Of a DNA stretch of 64,000 nt, positions 61,747-64,000 are shown piece after piece. Each line of letters opens with the position of its first letter. Within the stretch, counting starts at the first letter, position 1. The stretch spans positions 896,001 to 960,000 of the forward strand of contig CAWGED010000019.1 in NCBI GenBank assembly GCA_963821525.1, in the 5' to 3' direction. Below the pieces are notes generated by a model. The model did no database searches, was not told the origin of the DNA, and saw nothing but the letters and a program-made list of their open reading frames with translations. Made by a program: the position numbers and the translations under genes. The stretch is from an uncultured Gemmatimonadales bacterium (GTDB taxonomy: Bacteria; Gemmatimonadota; Gemmatimonadetes; Gemmatimonadales; GWC2-71-9).

Positions 61747-62532
61747 TTAAGGCGGACACTTACCGCCACTCACTCGTTCAAGCCGTATAGTCTGCTCTAC
61801 CCTCGTCTGCGCGCCTCGCGGGAGCTCATCGCTGGCCGGAATTGACGCTTCGGCCTCGATCGCGCGATCCCAGCGCATCAAACCCGTCGCCGGGTCCCAG
61901 AGCATCAGCCCCGTTTCCCGCTCGACCTGTTGCGCCGTGTCCGCCAATGAGTCCCCCCCGAGCCTCGAGTACAGGGTCCGGTTTCCAACCACTCGATAGC
62001 GCTGCAAATTCTTCTGGTCGGACTGGCGACTGATGATCCACCCCGTCGAATCCTGCCAGCGTTGTCCTACATCCAGTGATGTACCGGGCACCGGCGGAAA
62101 CAAATCGTCGAGCGCCGCGGTGAAGTTGGTAATCTCGGCGATCTCACCGGGGACGAAGGGGGCATCAATCCGGAAATACCGACCCTCGGGGTAGAGCAGG
62201 CCGAGGAACCGGCCGCCGATGACCCCATCGGTATCGACCACACGCTTGCCAGTCGGCTCGGCACGCCACACCATCAGGGAGTCGAACCAGCTCTCGACCA
62301 GCATGCCGCCCGCGGTATCTCGGGCAGCCACGACCAGCAGCCCGCTTCGCCCGCTGTTCTGCCGTAGCACCCGGTTTCCGCTCTCGAGGCGGAGGCTGGT
62401 CTCCACCGACTGGCGAAACCGCGCACAGGCAAGGTCGGCGGCGCGGTAACGGATCGGGACTGCCTGGGCCGGCGTAGACGCAGGCATGGCCAAAAGGGCC
62501 ACAATCGCAAGTAGTGCGGCAATCACCTTCAT
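61747..62532 (-). CDS. Hypothetical exported protein
   Basis: True start probably ATG 62532 (MKVIAALLAIVALLAMPASTPAQA signal peptide); the ORF extension further upstream is antisense to the amidohydrolase. Confidence 0.7.
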   Translation of the reverse strand: MKVIAALLAIVALLAMPASTPAQAVPIRYRAADLACARFRQSVETSLRLESGNRVLRQNSGRSGLLVVAARDTAGGMLVESWFDSLMVWRAEPTGKRVVDTDGVIGGRFLGLLYPEGRYFRIDAPFVPGEIAEITNFTAALDDLFPPVPGTSLDVGQRWQDSTGWIISRQSDQKNLQRYRVVGNRTLYSRLGGDSLADTAQQVERETGLMLWDPATGLMRWDRAIEAEASIPASDELPRGAQTRVEQTIRLERVSGGKCPP

Positions 62533-62541
62533 GAGGACAAT

Positions 62542-63849
62542 ATGGCACCGGCCTCCCGCCTCTGTCGGACTCTGGTTCATGCGCTGACCCTGCTTCTCCT
62601 GCTTGCCGGGCCCGGAGCCGCACAGACCCGGACCCTCATTCACGCCGGCCGATTGATCGATGGTGAGTCGGATCAGGTGCGGACGGACCAGGGAATTCTG
62701 GTTGAAGGCGAGCGGATTTCGAAAGTTGGATCCTGGAGTGAAGTGTCGGCGGCTGCGGCCGGAGCAAACGTCGTTGACCTGACCGGAATGACGGTGCTTC
62801 CGGGAATGATCGACAATCACACTCACATTCTGCTGCAGGGAGACATCACCGCGCAGGACTACGACGATCAACTGCTCAAGGAGTCGATTCCCTACCGCAC
62901 CATCCGGGCGACCGCCGCGGTTCGCACCGCCCTCATGAATGGCTTCACCGCAATGCGGGACCTCGAGACCGAAGGCGCGATGTACGCCGACGTGGACGTG
63001 AAGACCGCCATCAATCGCGGAATCATCCCCGGTCCCCGGATGTTCGTCGTCACCCGTGCGATGGCGCCAACCGGCATGTACCCGCTCAACGGGTATTCCT
63101 GGGAATTGCGCGTACCGGAAGGCGTACAGATCGTGGACGGGCCCGACAATGTGCGCAAAGCGGTCCGGGAACAGGTCAAGTACGGCGCCGATTGGATCAA
63201 GTTCTACGCCGACCGCCGCTACTACCTCGGTGACGACGGGAAGCTGCACAGCTGGGTGAATTTCACCGACGAGGAAATGAAGGCACTGGTGGACGAATCA
63301 CACCGGCTGGGCCGCAAAGTCGCCGCGCATGCGATCGGCTGGGATGGAATCGACGCGGCGCTCCGCGCCGGGGTCAACAGTATCGAGCACGGCGACGGGC
63401 TCACGGCCGAGCTGGTGGACCGGATGGTCAAGCAGAAGGTCTACTGGTGCCCGACGATCTTCGTCGGGGTGTATGTCGCGGAGGGCCGAGGCGGGATCTG
63501 GCCGAAGATGGTGGAGCTGGAAAAGGCCGCCTTCGGCATGGCGCTCCGTCGCGGCCTGCTGCCATTCATCTCCTACGGCACCGACGCCGGCGGCTATGCA
63601 TGGGACCAGAACCAGGCCCAGGAGCTGGATTACATGGTCCGCTACGGGATGACGCCGATGCAGGCGATAAAGTCGACCACGACCGTGGCCGCGAGGTTGC
63701 TGGATCAGAGCGCCAATCTGGGCGCGGTTTCGGCGGGGCGGTACGCGGACCTGATTGCCGTGGAGAATGATCCGCTGGCCGACATCACCGAACTGCAGCG
63801 GGTGCAGTTCGTGATGAAGGGAGGAGTGATCTACAAGGGCGGGCAGTAA
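62542..63849 (+). CDS. Secreted metal-dependent amidohydrolase (prolidase-like)
   Basis: PGMIDNHTH, GADWIK, VAAHA, SIEHG, GTDAG, ADLIAV. Confidence 0.92.
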   Translation: MAPASRLCRTLVHALTLLLLLAGPGAAQTRTLIHAGRLIDGESDQVRTDQGILVEGERISKVGSWSEVSAAAAGANVVDLTGMTVLPGMIDNHTHILLQGDITAQDYDDQLLKESIPYRTIRATAAVRTALMNGFTAMRDLETEGAMYADVDVKTAINRGIIPGPRMFVVTRAMAPTGMYPLNGYSWELRVPEGVQIVDGPDNVRKAVREQVKYGADWIKFYADRRYYLGDDGKLHSWVNFTDEEMKALVDESHRLGRKVAAHAIGWDGIDAALRAGVNSIEHGDGLTAELVDRMVKQKVYWCPTIFVGVYVAEGRGGIWPKMVELEKAAFGMALRRGLLPFISYGTDAGGYAWDQNQAQELDYMVRYGMTPMQAIKSTTTVAARLLDQSANLGAVSAGRYADLIAVENDPLADITELQRVQFVMKGGVIYKGGQ

Positions 63850-63856
63850 AGACCCG

Positions 63857-63884
63857 GAGATGGCCGGGATACCCCGGCCATCTC
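63857..63884. terminator. Hairpin between convergent genes
   Basis: gagatggccggg-atac-cccggccatctc. Confidence 0.75.
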
Positions 63885-64000
63885 AGTTGCGCAGTCCGTT
63901 GTCGCTCACATACCGAATCAGGTCCGCATTCGACATCATCTGCATCTTCTCCAGAATGCGGGAGCGATAAGTACTCACCGTCTTGGCGCTCAAGCCCAAC
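63883..64000 (-). CDS. LuxR-type HTH, C-terminus of NarL/UvrY-like response regulator (partial)
   Basis: LGLSAKTVSTYRSRILEKMQMMSNADLIRYVSDNGLRN*. Confidence 0.85.
   Translation of the reverse strand, partial: LGLSAKTVSTYRSRILEKMQMMSNADLIRYVSDNGLRN

Overview
A GC-rich bacterial chromosome segment; gene content and style suggest Gemmatimonadota (inferred, not proven). I saw no rRNA, tRNA, CRISPR array or transposase. In order, the window holds: a partial sprA-like T9SS translocon gene that the ORF track misses; lptFG; nadBAC; an APC permease; a CtaA-CtaB fusion with an ABC exporter; and an 11 kb minus-strand outer-membrane operon (TonB-dependent receptor, ~1350-aa protein with a T9SS-type C-terminal domain, PorV-like barrel, GWxTD protein, lipoprotein). 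Then come an M24 peptidase and V4R protein; a flavoprotein-flavin reductase-methyltransferase-SRPBCC-ketosynthase cluster; an aquaporin; and STAS-REC-ccmABCD behind a sigma54 promoter and a GEMM-I riboswitch carrying the A20 (cGAMP-type) signature. The last third has acs, dsbA-vkor-kup, a SpeD homolog lacking its cleavage serine, an M16 protease, TetR-TolC-EmrAB, a PLP decarboxylase, and a sigma54 two-component system next to pqqABCDE (pqqA unannotated). About ten genes carry small indels, most likely assembly errors. Several intergenic regions hold heptamer arrays in inverted arrangement.
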